This document shows, piece by piece, positions 50,318-60,200 of a stretch of DNA of 64,000 bases (position 1 is the stretch's first letter; each line of letters starts with the position of its first letter). The translations under genes were made by a program, and so were the position numbers. The DNA comes from Phycisphaerae bacterium (GTDB lineage Bacteria; Planctomycetota; Phycisphaerae; UBA1845): assembly GCA_963666835.2 (NCBI GenBank), contig CAXXGO010000001.1, positions 1,600,001 to 1,664,000 on the forward strand, in the 5' to 3' direction. The notes under the pieces were generated by a model. The model was not told the DNA's origin. It saw only the letters and a list, made by a program, of their open reading frames with translations, and made no database searches.

Positions 50318-53300
50318 ATGAAATCGCGCAACGAAGGTACGCAGTGGGCACGTTTCCCGGCGGTGGTCTCCGTCATGGCGATCCTCGCGGTTCTGTTGTC
50401 AGGGAGTGTGTCCCAGGCGGTAGAGCGCAAGTTCGTGGTCACGCTGGCCTATTCGCCCAAGGCGTTCATGAACGACGGCACCGGTGGTCAACCCGAGGGA
50501 GGGCTGTACAACGCGGAGGAGATCTACAAGGACTACTTCGACCGCGTCAACCCCGGTATCGATTCGTTCGTCGAGTATTGGGAGGAGATCAGCTACGGGG
50601 ATGTGGTCATTACCGGTGACGTGGAGGGGTGGGTGGCTCTGCCCTGGGCGTTTGAGCCGGAAGCTCCGTATGGCGGTGAACGATCGTCCCCGGAGGACTT
50701 CATCAACCTCTACGACAACTTGTCAACCGTGTGCTCGCCGGGCACGCCGTTGATGCACATCGAGAACATGGTTCCCCTGCATTACAGCTACGGTGCGGGC
50801 GAGCCGTTTTGCGATTGTGTCAATGCGGAGGGCGAGGACGGTGTGTACGGTCCGGGAGACTGCGGGGCGCTGATCACCGTCAACTACAATGGCGAACTCG
50901 ACGGTTGGGTACCTTCGGAGCCGTTGGCCGACTTCGACGCCGTTGGGGTGAATGTGTGGACTCCCGGTGAGCGTTTCGTGGACGTCGACGAGGATGGCCG
51001 TTGGGACGGTCTCGACGAGAAGAACGACATGATGTGCCACAGCTCGTTGGGCTGTCAGAATGTCTGCAGTGGAATGATATGCAGCGACCACTCCGGCTAC
51101 TGCACCACCGACGCGGATTGTCTCGGGGACGCCTACTGCAAGCGCGGATCGCTGATCGGAGCTCCGGCCTGCGGCAGTTTTTGTTCAGGAACGGCGGTCC
51201 CATGCACCGGCGAGATAGCCGGGGAGTGCGCTGAATTCGGGACGGCATCGCAGTGCGTCGTGGTCGGCTGCGGTCTCATGGAGACTTGTGGGGACGACCG
51301 GGTCTGTTCTGACGGATCGGGGTCGTGTGATCCGGACGCCGACTGTCCACCGGGAGAGTTCTGTGACGCCGTTACTTTGCGATGCAGTGAGGCGGATACC
51401 GCATGCGATCCGAATGTCGATTGCCCGAGCGGGGCGAGTTGCGTTGGCGCGGGGCCTCGCGGATGCGACTATCCGGGCTGCGGCGACCTCGCCGCAGCCG
51501 CCGTGGACTGGAATGAAGACGGCGTATATCGGAATCCCGACGATTGTGTGATAGTCCCTCAGATCTCGTGCGTTGTTGATGACGATTGTGGGACGCATGG
51601 ACGCTGCAATACCGATCTGAACACCTGTGCGCCGGTCGTCTACTGTACACGGGATTCGGATTGTCCCGGTACGGGGAACCAGTGTCTGACCGAGGGTTAC
51701 GACCCGCCGGTGTGCGATCTCGGGCGGATCGGCTACCCAGTGCTTGAGGGTATGAACGCCGTGAGTCTGCCGGATTGCTGTGATGCGAACGCTGAGTCTA
51801 TGGAGGATTTCGCTCAGTGTAATACAGATGGCCACCCGATCATCTGTGACATTCACCCTACTTATCCGCAATGCGATCCGAGGCCGGAGGGCATTGTCTG
51901 CGGTGAGCCGAGGTACGCCTGTGAATTCCATGACGTTGACGCCGACGACGTGATGGACGTAACCGAGCCGTTTGAGGATTTCATCATCCGTTGGGAGCCT
52001 TCCGGGGGATGGTCCGGAGGTGTGTGGGTCCCGGTGGATCGCGAGTACATCAAGAATAACTATCCCGGTAATGTCCCGGCTCTGCTGGCGCGCGTAGGGA
52101 ACGGCTACTTCAATCCCGGGGACGTTTTCTACGATACTGCGGGGGATGTCAGCACGAAGATGATGCAGGAGACCGGGGGCGCCCGTTATCTGATGACGCG
52201 GGTTCCGAAGCCTGGCAGCGGGAGGTATGCCACCGTTGGTGAGCAGGCTTGGTTCGATAACTGGTGGACTGCGCGCTACGGGACGTCGGCTCCGCCATGG
52301 CCGGGCGGCACCGGACAATATCCGTCGCCCAATGCGCCGGTGATGGCTCCGTTTGATCCGGCTAATCCGTTGCCCCCATCACTGCAGGGGGACGACTTGC
52401 CGACGAGTCGGTGGTTTAGGGCGAACAAGGGAGGGTTTTCCGGAGATGGTGACGGCGGCACACCGGCTCCGCCGTTCCAGCACTACAACGCGGGCGGAGA
52501 TAATTGGGGTAACAGTATTCTCCCGGATGCCGCTTATGGATACTACGACGGCTGGGTCGAGCATGACGATCTTCCGTCCTCTAAATACCATCTTCAGGGT
52601 GACAAGCGTTTCGGCGAGATAACGTCGCCGCTCCGCGACACGTTCGAGTACCTGGGCCACGAGTACCCCGCGATTTCCGGGCATGATTTCGGCCCCCACG
52701 ACCCGAACCGTCTGGGTTCGAACGGCGACGGTTTCGGGGTAGCAGCCGGCCCCGAGGCGGTCAAGATCTTCGGCGACAAGGGATACGACGCCGGTAATCT
52801 GGCCATTGTAGAGTGGTTGACTTGGAGACGCGATGGGCAGAGCCGCACGTTGGGCACGCAGTGGTCTATCGATAATCACATCGGGGACGGCGTCAGCGGC
52901 TATCATCCGTACGCCAGCCCGAACTCGCAGCATCAGCCGTCCGGACGATGCAGCTCCTCGACCAAGGTGGCATGTTTGGTCGACGGAGCCTGCCCTGTTG
53001 GAGAGACCTGCGTGCGGCCGACGACGCCGATGGGTTTCGCGGACTACAACCTCGACGGGATGATCGATCAGGGTGAGGTTCGGCCGGCCGGCTCAGCGAA
53101 CTACTCGGTGGATAGTGTGCTTGGTACACCCAACGACGGAACTAATTCTGATTACCCATTCAACCGTCGGAGAATGATGGAAGACGTGGTGGAGGCTCTG
53201 GATCCCTCGGTTGACTGGGATGACTACGTAGACCTGAACATGTGGTCGACGGTCTCCGGTATCATTCTCGTGCCGCCGGATTCATACAACGATGCCAACC

Positions 53301-56300
53301 GGTTCCCCACGGCGCCGTCGTTCTATCCGATTCACACGGAGGATTCCCTCGCCGCCGCCTTCCACGACTTGGTGATCTGCCAGGACTGCAGGAGTTTTCC
53401 GTCGGCTATCGCATACGCCGCGCATGAGTACATGCACACGTGGGAGCAGTATCCGGACCTGTATGACTACGACCTTTTCACCGGCATGATCGTGAACTGT
53501 CCGATCGGTTTATGGGATATCATGGCGGGAACTCGCGGCGACGGAGCGATGGTCCATCCGACGCCGGTGCTTAAGGATTCGTCAGGGTGGATCAACCCGA
53601 TCGATCTACGGACCGTCCTCACGCCGGGGGTGGAGACGTCACTGACATTGCCACCGGCGGAGTTTGACCGTGATGGGTATTTCTTCCTGGAGAACGCCGA
53701 GCGTCCCGGGGAAGCCTACTGGTTCTGGTCCGCCGGAGAGGGCTTCGACGAGAACCACCCCGGTAACGGTGGGATGTTGATCATGGCGACCAACGACGTG
53801 TACAACCCGGCCAATCCGGATGCCGTTGCTGAGCAGCAGCGCGAAGCTCCATACGGTTACCGAATCGTCCAGGCTGACGGAGAGGGCGATCTGGAGGCTT
53901 GTAGCTCGACCGGTAACCGGGGGGACGGCGGGGACATTTGGCCGGGCACCAGCGGGAATACCGAGTTCAACTTCGATACGGTGCCGGCGGCGGTATGGGA
54001 TGCGCAGAACCGGTGGACCGGACTCAACATCAGTAATATCGAGCCGGACGGAGAAGGATCGGTGCGGCTGACCTTGTCCTGGACTCCGACCAATCTCCCG
54101 GGCGTCGAGTTCGTTGATCCGCCGGGCGGCGCCTCGGTGGGGTCCATTTACCAGGTGCGCTATGAGGCCACTGATGTGTTCGGTGGCACGACGATCCACC
54201 TGTACTATACGACGGACGAGAACGACATCACGGTAAAGAACCCGCCGGCGACGGACTCGAACTACATCGGCACGCGGGTCAAGGGGACGCCGGGTACGAT
54301 TCAGACGAGCATGGATTGGGACATCAGTCAGGTGCCGGACGGGCAGTATCATGTGTTCGCCAAGCTGGTTCCCGGTCAGGGGGTCGGCGGAACGGAGATC
54401 AAGCACACGGAGCCGTATCCTGGCCGCAACAACGCCGGGACCGGGGCGCTGACCATTAGGAAGGTCGACGTTTCATCAGCCATCGACGCCGCTGCGAGGG
54501 CGGAAACGTGGATCATTGAGTGCGTTGATCCGGCTGGCGAAGACTGGCAGGTGTACAGCTCTCTGACCCAGCCGGAGCCCGAGAATGATGAGGCGTACCC
54601 GTACGAACTGGCTGAGACGTGTCCCAAGAGCGATCCGGATGACCCAGATTGTGTGCAGTACGAGTACACCTCCGCCAACGGGGCGGTGACTTTTCTGATC
54701 ACTCTGGGCGATGAGCCCTTCTGTTTAGGGGACCGGTTCGTCTTCAACACGACGGGCGTATCTGAAGTGAGCAAATCGGTTACGGTTGAGGATCACCGGA
54801 TCTATGCAAACCCGGTGGCGGTCATCGATGCTTCGCCGCTGTCCGGACTTCCGCCCCTGAAGGTGGACTTCGACGGCCGCGATTCGTACGACCCGGACGG
54901 GCTCCCGCTGACTTACCGTTGGAATTTCGGTGATGGTGCTACGTCGACCGGATCTCCGGTCAGCCACACCTTCGATGATGCCGGCGTGTTCACCGTGGTC
55001 CTGAGGGTGGCGAACAGTCTCGGCCGGTTCGGCGAGACTGCGGTTGACATCAATGTGATCAACAATCGGCCAAGCGCCGTGATCGTTGCGAAGCCGGTCA
55101 GCGGCCCCGAGAACTTAACAGTGTACTTCGACGGGTCCGGATCGAACGATCTGGAGACCCCGGCGGACCAGTTGATCTACCAGTGGGATTTCGGGGACGG
55201 CAAAGCCGCAAACACGCAGGGCAACCCGGGGGTCTTCATAACTACCGAGCATTTCTATTCCAAGGACGAAGATGGCGTGAAGTGCACGCAGACGAATCCC
55301 TGCAAGTTCAATGCGGCGCTGACCGTCACGGATACTGGTGGGAAGAGCCACACCGCGACCACGGAGATCTGGGTGGGTAATACCAACCCGGTGCCGAGTG
55401 TGTCGGTGTCCCGGACGGAGGGCTCGGATCCGCTCGACATCGTGTTCAACGCGATTAACTCATACGATGCGGACGGTGACGACCTCAAGATCACGTGGTT
55501 CTGGGGCGATGGATCCCAGGATGGTCCGTATCCCGTCACCGGTGCACCCGGCGTGACGAGTGGCGACGTAGTCCATACGTATCGGCTGCCGACCGGGGAG
55601 ACCTCGTACTCCTTCACGCCGACGGCGTTACTTACCGACGGGTTTGCCTCGGTGACTTGGACCGGTTCGAAGATCACGGTTACGGAGCCGAAGGCGGGGT
55701 CGTCCGACCCCCGCGCGATCTTCACGATCACACCCGAGCCGCCGTTAGAGGTTGGGGCCGAGTTTACCGCCGATGCGTCACTGTCGTTCGATCGACCGAC
55801 GGGCGATCCTAATAGCAAGATCGCGTCGTACTCGTGGGACTTCGGAGACGGTACGGCGGTTGTCAGCGGGAAGACCGTTAAGCACACGTATGTAGAACCT
55901 GGCACCTATGTGATCGTGTTGGAAGTCAAGGACGCGGCGAGTCCGGTGAACAAGGGCCGGACGTCTCAGACGGTGCTGGTCGTGGGCGAGCTGCCCGATG
56001 ACTCGGATGATGCCGATGGGAACGAGCCGCCCGACGTGGTTCTGCTGGCGAATCCGAAGGAGGGTTATGAGGGCTTTACCGAGTTCTCGTTTGACGGGTC
56101 CGGATCGAGCGATCCCGATGACGATGACCTGACCTTCGAGTGGATGTTCGGTGACGGAGAGTCTGCGGACGGGGCTAAGGCAACGCACGTCTATGCGGAA
56201 GCGGGCAACTATACGGTCCGGCTGACCGTTACGGATGAGCACAACGCATCGGCTTACGATACGCAGACTATTGTCGTTAAATCCAATGTCGGCAACCGGG

Positions 56301-56743
56301 CTCCGCAAGCGATCATCGGAACGGGTGTGCGATCCATTCAGGCCGGGGAGAAGATCGAGTTCAACGGACAGAACTCGTACGATCCGGATAATGATGTCCT
56401 GGATTTCGTCTGGAAGTTCAGCCAGGACGATGTGGTGATTGATACTCTGACCGGAGGTGTGGTGGCCAGGACCTTCCAGAGTGAGGGAGCCTATCAGGTG
56501 GTCTTGACCGTGTCTGATGGCCGGGGCGGCACCGACACCACGCAGGCGGTCAATATTCAGGTCTCGGCTAAGGTCGAAGCACCGGATTCCGGCGATGATC
56601 CCGGAACAGGACAGACAACCCCGGATCCCAGCTACACTCAGCGTCCCACGAGCGTTTGCGGCTTGGGCATGGTGCTGAGCTTGTTCGGCTCTTTGGCCGG
56701 GCTGTCGGTGATGCGGGTGACACGCCGGCGGACCGGGTTCTAG
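50318..56743 (+). CDS. Giant secreted M6 (immune inhibitor A)-like zinc metalloprotease with Cys-rich inserts, six PKD domains and a C-terminal membrane anchor
   Basis: Signal peptide; SFVEYWEEISYG..GWV; AHEYMHTW..PDLYDY..IGLWDIMAG; repeats with WxFGDG; terminal CGLG + hydrophobic stretch + RRR. Confidence 0.82.
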   Translation: MKSRNEGTQWARFPAVVSVMAILAVLLSGSVSQAVERKFVVTLAYSPKAFMNDGTGGQPEGGLYNAEEIYKDYFDRVNPGIDSFVEYWEEISYGDVVITGDVEGWVALPWAFEPEAPYGGERSSPEDFINLYDNLSTVCSPGTPLMHIENMVPLHYSYGAGEPFCDCVNAEGEDGVYGPGDCGALITVNYNGELDGWVPSEPLADFDAVGVNVWTPGERFVDVDEDGRWDGLDEKNDMMCHSSLGCQNVCSGMICSDHSGYCTTDADCLGDAYCKRGSLIGAPACGSFCSGTAVPCTGEIAGECAEFGTASQCVVVGCGLMETCGDDRVCSDGSGSCDPDADCPPGEFCDAVTLRCSEADTACDPNVDCPSGASCVGAGPRGCDYPGCGDLAAAAVDWNEDGVYRNPDDCVIVPQISCVVDDDCGTHGRCNTDLNTCAPVVYCTRDSDCPGTGNQCLTEGYDPPVCDLGRIGYPVLEGMNAVSLPDCCDANAESMEDFAQCNTDGHPIICDIHPTYPQCDPRPEGIVCGEPRYACEFHDVDADDVMDVTEPFEDFIIRWEPSGGWSGGVWVPVDREYIKNNYPGNVPALLARVGNGYFNPGDVFYDTAGDVSTKMMQETGGARYLMTRVPKPGSGRYATVGEQAWFDNWWTARYGTSAPPWPGGTGQYPSPNAPVMAPFDPANPLPPSLQGDDLPTSRWFRANKGGFSGDGDGGTPAPPFQHYNAGGDNWGNSILPDAAYGYYDGWVEHDDLPSSKYHLQGDKRFGEITSPLRDTFEYLGHEYPAISGHDFGPHDPNRLGSNGDGFGVAAGPEAVKIFGDKGYDAGNLAIVEWLTWRRDGQSRTLGTQWSIDNHIGDGVSGYHPYASPNSQHQPSGRCSSSTKVACLVDGACPVGETCVRPTTPMGFADYNLDGMIDQGEVRPAGSANYSVDSVLGTPNDGTNSDYPFNRRRMMEDVVEALDPSVDWDDYVDLNMWSTVSGIILVPPDSYNDANRFPTAPSFYPIHTEDSLAAAFHDLVICQDCRSFPSAIAYAAHEYMHTWEQYPDLYDYDLFTGMIVNCPIGLWDIMAGTRGDGAMVHPTPVLKDSSGWINPIDLRTVLTPGVETSLTLPPAEFDRDGYFFLENAERPGEAYWFWSAGEGFDENHPGNGGMLIMATNDVYNPANPDAVAEQQREAPYGYRIVQADGEGDLEACSSTGNRGDGGDIWPGTSGNTEFNFDTVPAAVWDAQNRWTGLNISNIEPDGEGSVRLTLSWTPTNLPGVEFVDPPGGASVGSIYQVRYEATDVFGGTTIHLYYTTDENDITVKNPPATDSNYIGTRVKGTPGTIQTSMDWDISQVPDGQYHVFAKLVPGQGVGGTEIKHTEPYPGRNNAGTGALTIRKVDVSSAIDAAARAETWIIECVDPAGEDWQVYSSLTQPEPENDEAYPYELAETCPKSDPDDPDCVQYEYTSANGAVTFLITLGDEPFCLGDRFVFNTTGVSEVSKSVTVEDHRIYANPVAVIDASPLSGLPPLKVDFDGRDSYDPDGLPLTYRWNFGDGATSTGSPVSHTFDDAGVFTVVLRVANSLGRFGETAVDINVINNRPSAVIVAKPVSGPENLTVYFDGSGSNDLETPADQLIYQWDFGDGKAANTQGNPGVFITTEHFYSKDEDGVKCTQTNPCKFNAALTVTDTGGKSHTATTEIWVGNTNPVPSVSVSRTEGSDPLDIVFNAINSYDADGDDLKITWFWGDGSQDGPYPVTGAPGVTSGDVVHTYRLPTGETSYSFTPTALLTDGFASVTWTGSKITVTEPKAGSSDPRAIFTITPEPPLEVGAEFTADASLSFDRPTGDPNSKIASYSWDFGDGTAVVSGKTVKHTYVEPGTYVIVLEVKDAASPVNKGRTSQTVLVVGELPDDSDDADGNEPPDVVLLANPKEGYEGFTEFSFDGSGSSDPDDDDLTFEWMFGDGESADGAKATHVYAEAGNYTVRLTVTDEHNASAYDTQTIVVKSNVGNRAPQAIIGTGVRSIQAGEKIEFNGQNSYDPDNDVLDFVWKFSQDDVVIDTLTGGVVARTFQSEGAYQVVLTVSDGRGGTDTTQAVNIQVSAKVEAPDSGDDPGTGQTTPDPSYTQRPTSVCGLGMVLSLFGSLAGLSVMRVTRRRTGF

Positions 56744-56773
56744 CGGCCCCAGCGTAGTCTGCTCAAACGCGCT

Positions 56774-56824
56774 GCGAGCCCCGAGCGGTTCTTTGATGAA
56801 TCGCTTGGGGCTCGCTTCTTTCTT
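56774..56824 (+). terminator. Intrinsic terminator
   Basis: GCGAGCCCCGAGCGGTTC-tttgat-GAATCGCTTGGGGCTCGC followed by TTCTTTCTT. Confidence 0.75.
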
Positions 56825-56852
56825 GCGCTGCCGCGGTTATAATCCGCGGGTC

Positions 56853-57191
56853 ATGGCATCCAGGAAGCAGACCAACCCGGCCACGTCGCGTGTGGCGATT
56901 CGTGCCGCCCGGCGGGCGAGCTTCGCCCTGGCGGCCTCGTTGGGAGTGATCCTGTGCGGGCAGCCGGAGTGGCGTGGGCGGCGAGGTGGGGCGGCCTCCT
57001 ACGCCCGGCAGGTTTCGGCGGCCGTTCCCACCGGAGCGGGGGACGCTGCAACTCCTCGGGTGGTTGCATCACCTCCGTTGGCGGCGGCGCGATGCCGTGC
57101 CCGCAGTCAACCCATTATCGCATCAGTGGCGAATCTAGAGCGCCTGCACACCGTGGGTGTCTCCCGGATCGGCGGGCTCTACGGCCCGTAA
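56853..57191 (+). CDS. Small upstream ORF (112 aa) before secA; candidate secretion-monitor / arrest peptide
   Basis: TATAAT at 56838-56843 just before ATG; basic then hydrophobic N-terminus (RAARRASFALAASLGVILC); ends RIGGLYGP-stop, 80 nt before secA. Confidence 0.45.
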   Translation: MASRKQTNPATSRVAIRAARRASFALAASLGVILCGQPEWRGRRGGAASYARQVSAAVPTGAGDAATPRVVASPPLAAARCRARSQPIIASVANLERLHTVGVSRIGGLYGP

Positions 57192-57271
57192 GCCGGCCTT
57201 ACTCCGCTGCGCCGATTCGGTCCGTACGGTTCCGACTACCATCTGATTATCTGGCAACTTAGGGGTCTGCC

Positions 57272-60200
57272 ATGTCCATTACCGTGGTGAGTAAATCGAT
57301 TATTGACGGGGTCAAGGCGATTCCGCGGAAGCTCTTCGGCTCGCGGAACGACCGTCTGCTGAAGGTGCTCAACCGGCACGTTCCGCCGGTGAACTCGTGT
57401 GAAGACGCTCTGCGCGGGGAATACGACAAGCGTTTCGCCCGTCAGGTGGCGGATCAGCGGGTAGAGCAAGCTCCGGAAGAGCAGCGTGCCGTGTTGCGTC
57501 GGCAGATTCGGCTGGACCTCTGCGACGATCTGCGGGAGGCCACGGCGTCCCTTCAGCAGGGCATTCGCCGGCACACCGAGCCTTTGCGGTTCTGGTGGGA
57601 AGGGCTGGAGCCTGCTCAGCGGGTGGACGAATACTATCGCGCGGAGTTCCGCAAGCGTGACGCCCGGGCTATTGAGGAGATGGACGGCGAAGGGCTTATT
57701 GCCGAGGCTTTTGCCATTCTGCGCGAGGCCTCTCGACGGGCGCAGGAGCATCGTCATTTTGACTGCCAGCTAATCGGCGGACGGGTTCTGTTCGAGGGCA
57801 AGATCGCGGAGATGCGCACCGGGGAAGGCAAGACCATTGTGTGCCACTTAGCCGCGTTTGTGAAATACCTTTCGGGGTTGAAGGTTCACATCATCACGGT
57901 CAACGACTACCTGGTAAAACGTGACGCAGAGTTCGCTGCCCCGATCTTCGAGCTATTGGGGGTATCGGTCGGGTACATTCAATCGATGGTCGATCCCAGC
58001 GGGCAGGAGGGCCTGCGCCGCCGGGCGTATGCATGCGACATTACGTACGGAACGAACAGTGAGTTCGGATTCGACTACCTCCGCGACAACATGAAGACTA
58101 ACGTGGCGGATCAGGTGCAGGGCCCACTGGATTACGTAATCGTAGACGAGGTGGACTCGATTCTGATTGATGAGGCCCGTACGCCGCTGATTATCTCGGG
58201 TCCCGCTCACGATGACGTTACGCGTTATCCGCGGGCGGACAAGGTGGCCGAGGAATTGGTGCGGCGGCAGGCGGTTTGGGATCGCCGCGTCGCGTCGACG
58301 GTGCGCCGGTTCGACGGCGAGACGCACAACATTGCCAAGCTCGAAGATGCCATGGCCATCCTCGGCTACAAGGAGAAACGGACGGGATCCGACCAGGATG
58401 GCAGCGTCGAGCCGGACGATGGGGACGATGATTCGGCTGCCGGGCTGCCGACTTTGGGCCCGGACTTCCTGACGGACGATCAGGTCGAGGCGATTCAGGC
58501 CTATGAAAACAACATCCTTCAGATCCTGCCCAGCGAGCAGTACCGCCGATTGTTCATCGTGCAGTCCGAGCGCAAACAGGTCGGCTTGACCCACGAGGGC
58601 GTCAGTCTTGCCCAAGATTCGCTGGATATCGGCAGCCTCTACAGCGGGGCGAACATGGAGTGGCCGCATCTTATTGAGAACGCCCTGCGCGCTCACAAGG
58701 TCTATCTGCGTGATGTGGATTATGTGGTCCAGGAGGGGCAGGTTATTATCGTCGATCCGCATACCGGGCGGCTGATGTATGGGCGGCAGTGGTCCGACGG
58801 GCTGCATCAGGCGGTCGAAGCCAAAGAGCGCGTGAGGGTAAAGGAGGAGACTCAGACGCTGGCGACCATCACCATTCAGAACTTCATCAAGCTGTACCGG
58901 GTCAAAGCGGGAATGACCGGAACGGCGATGACCGAGGGAACCGAGTTCGACAAGATCTACCAGCTCGAGGTAGTAGAGATACCGACGAACCGTCCGGTGA
59001 ACCGCGTTGACCACAACGACAAGATGTATAGCAGCACGGAGCAAAAGTACGAGGCCATTGTCGAGGAGATCCACCAGGTCCACCGCCGAGGCCGTCCCGC
59101 TGATCCGTTTGTGATCGCTGACCTTCTAACGGCACTGCGGCCCGTGCTCGCCGCCCAGGGAGAAAACACGAGCCGGATCGACGAGGCCATTCGGCAGTTC
59201 AACGCTGCCGAGTTCGGCGACAAGCGCGTGATCAACTTCATGTTGGAAGTCTACGACGAGTCCATGGGCGATCTGGCGCATGGGCGGCCCGTGCTTGTGG
59301 GCACGACCAGCGTCGAAAACTCCGAGAGGTTGTCGCGGTTGCTCGAGCGGCGTTACGGCATCGACCACGAAGTGCTCAACGCCAAGAACCACTCGCGCGA
59401 GGCGGAGATTGTGATGAAGGCCGGCCACTGTTCAACGCCGGTTCAGGGCGCGGACAAGACGCCTTTGGGTAATGTGACGATTGCCACGAACATGGCCGGT
59501 CGCGGTACGGACATCAAGCTCGGCGAGGGGGTCGTCTATCCGAAATGCCGGGTCCCCGAGAGCGAGGCCTCCGAGTCGGGACAGAGTGCCTTGTATCCCC
59601 CCGGGACGACTAAGTGCTGTATCAACTGTGAAGAGTACGATCCGGCAACGAACTGCGCGCACTGTTTCAAGCCCAAGATTGATGCCCGTTTCCCTGCGTT
59701 GGGGCGTAAGGTGTGTGCCATCAACGTGCCGTGCGGATTGCACATTGTCGGGACGGAACGGCACGAGGCCCGGCGGATCGACAACCAGCTCCGTGGTCGC
59801 TCGGGACGCCAGGGCGATCCGGGGTCGTCGCGGTTCTCGTTATCGCTCCAGGACGATCTGCTCAAGCTGTTCATGCCGGATTGGATGCTCAAGATGATGG
59901 ACCGCCTCGGGTTCGCCGAGGGTGGCAGTCTGGAAGATAAGCGGCTCACCAAGGGGATCGAACGCGCCCAACGCAAAGTCGAGGAAAGAAACTTCTCGAC
60001 CCGCAAGCATCTGCTCGAGTGGGACGAGCCGATGGACTACCAACGTAAGGAGTTCTACGCCGCTCGTCAGCGCATTTTGGAAGAGCGGGGCCTGACGGAT
60101 CTGATCATTCGCGCGATTGATAATGCCATCACCACGACTCTGGAGGAGTATCTCAGCGGGAGCTTCGATCGGACGTGCATCGTGGAATGGTGCCGCAGCC

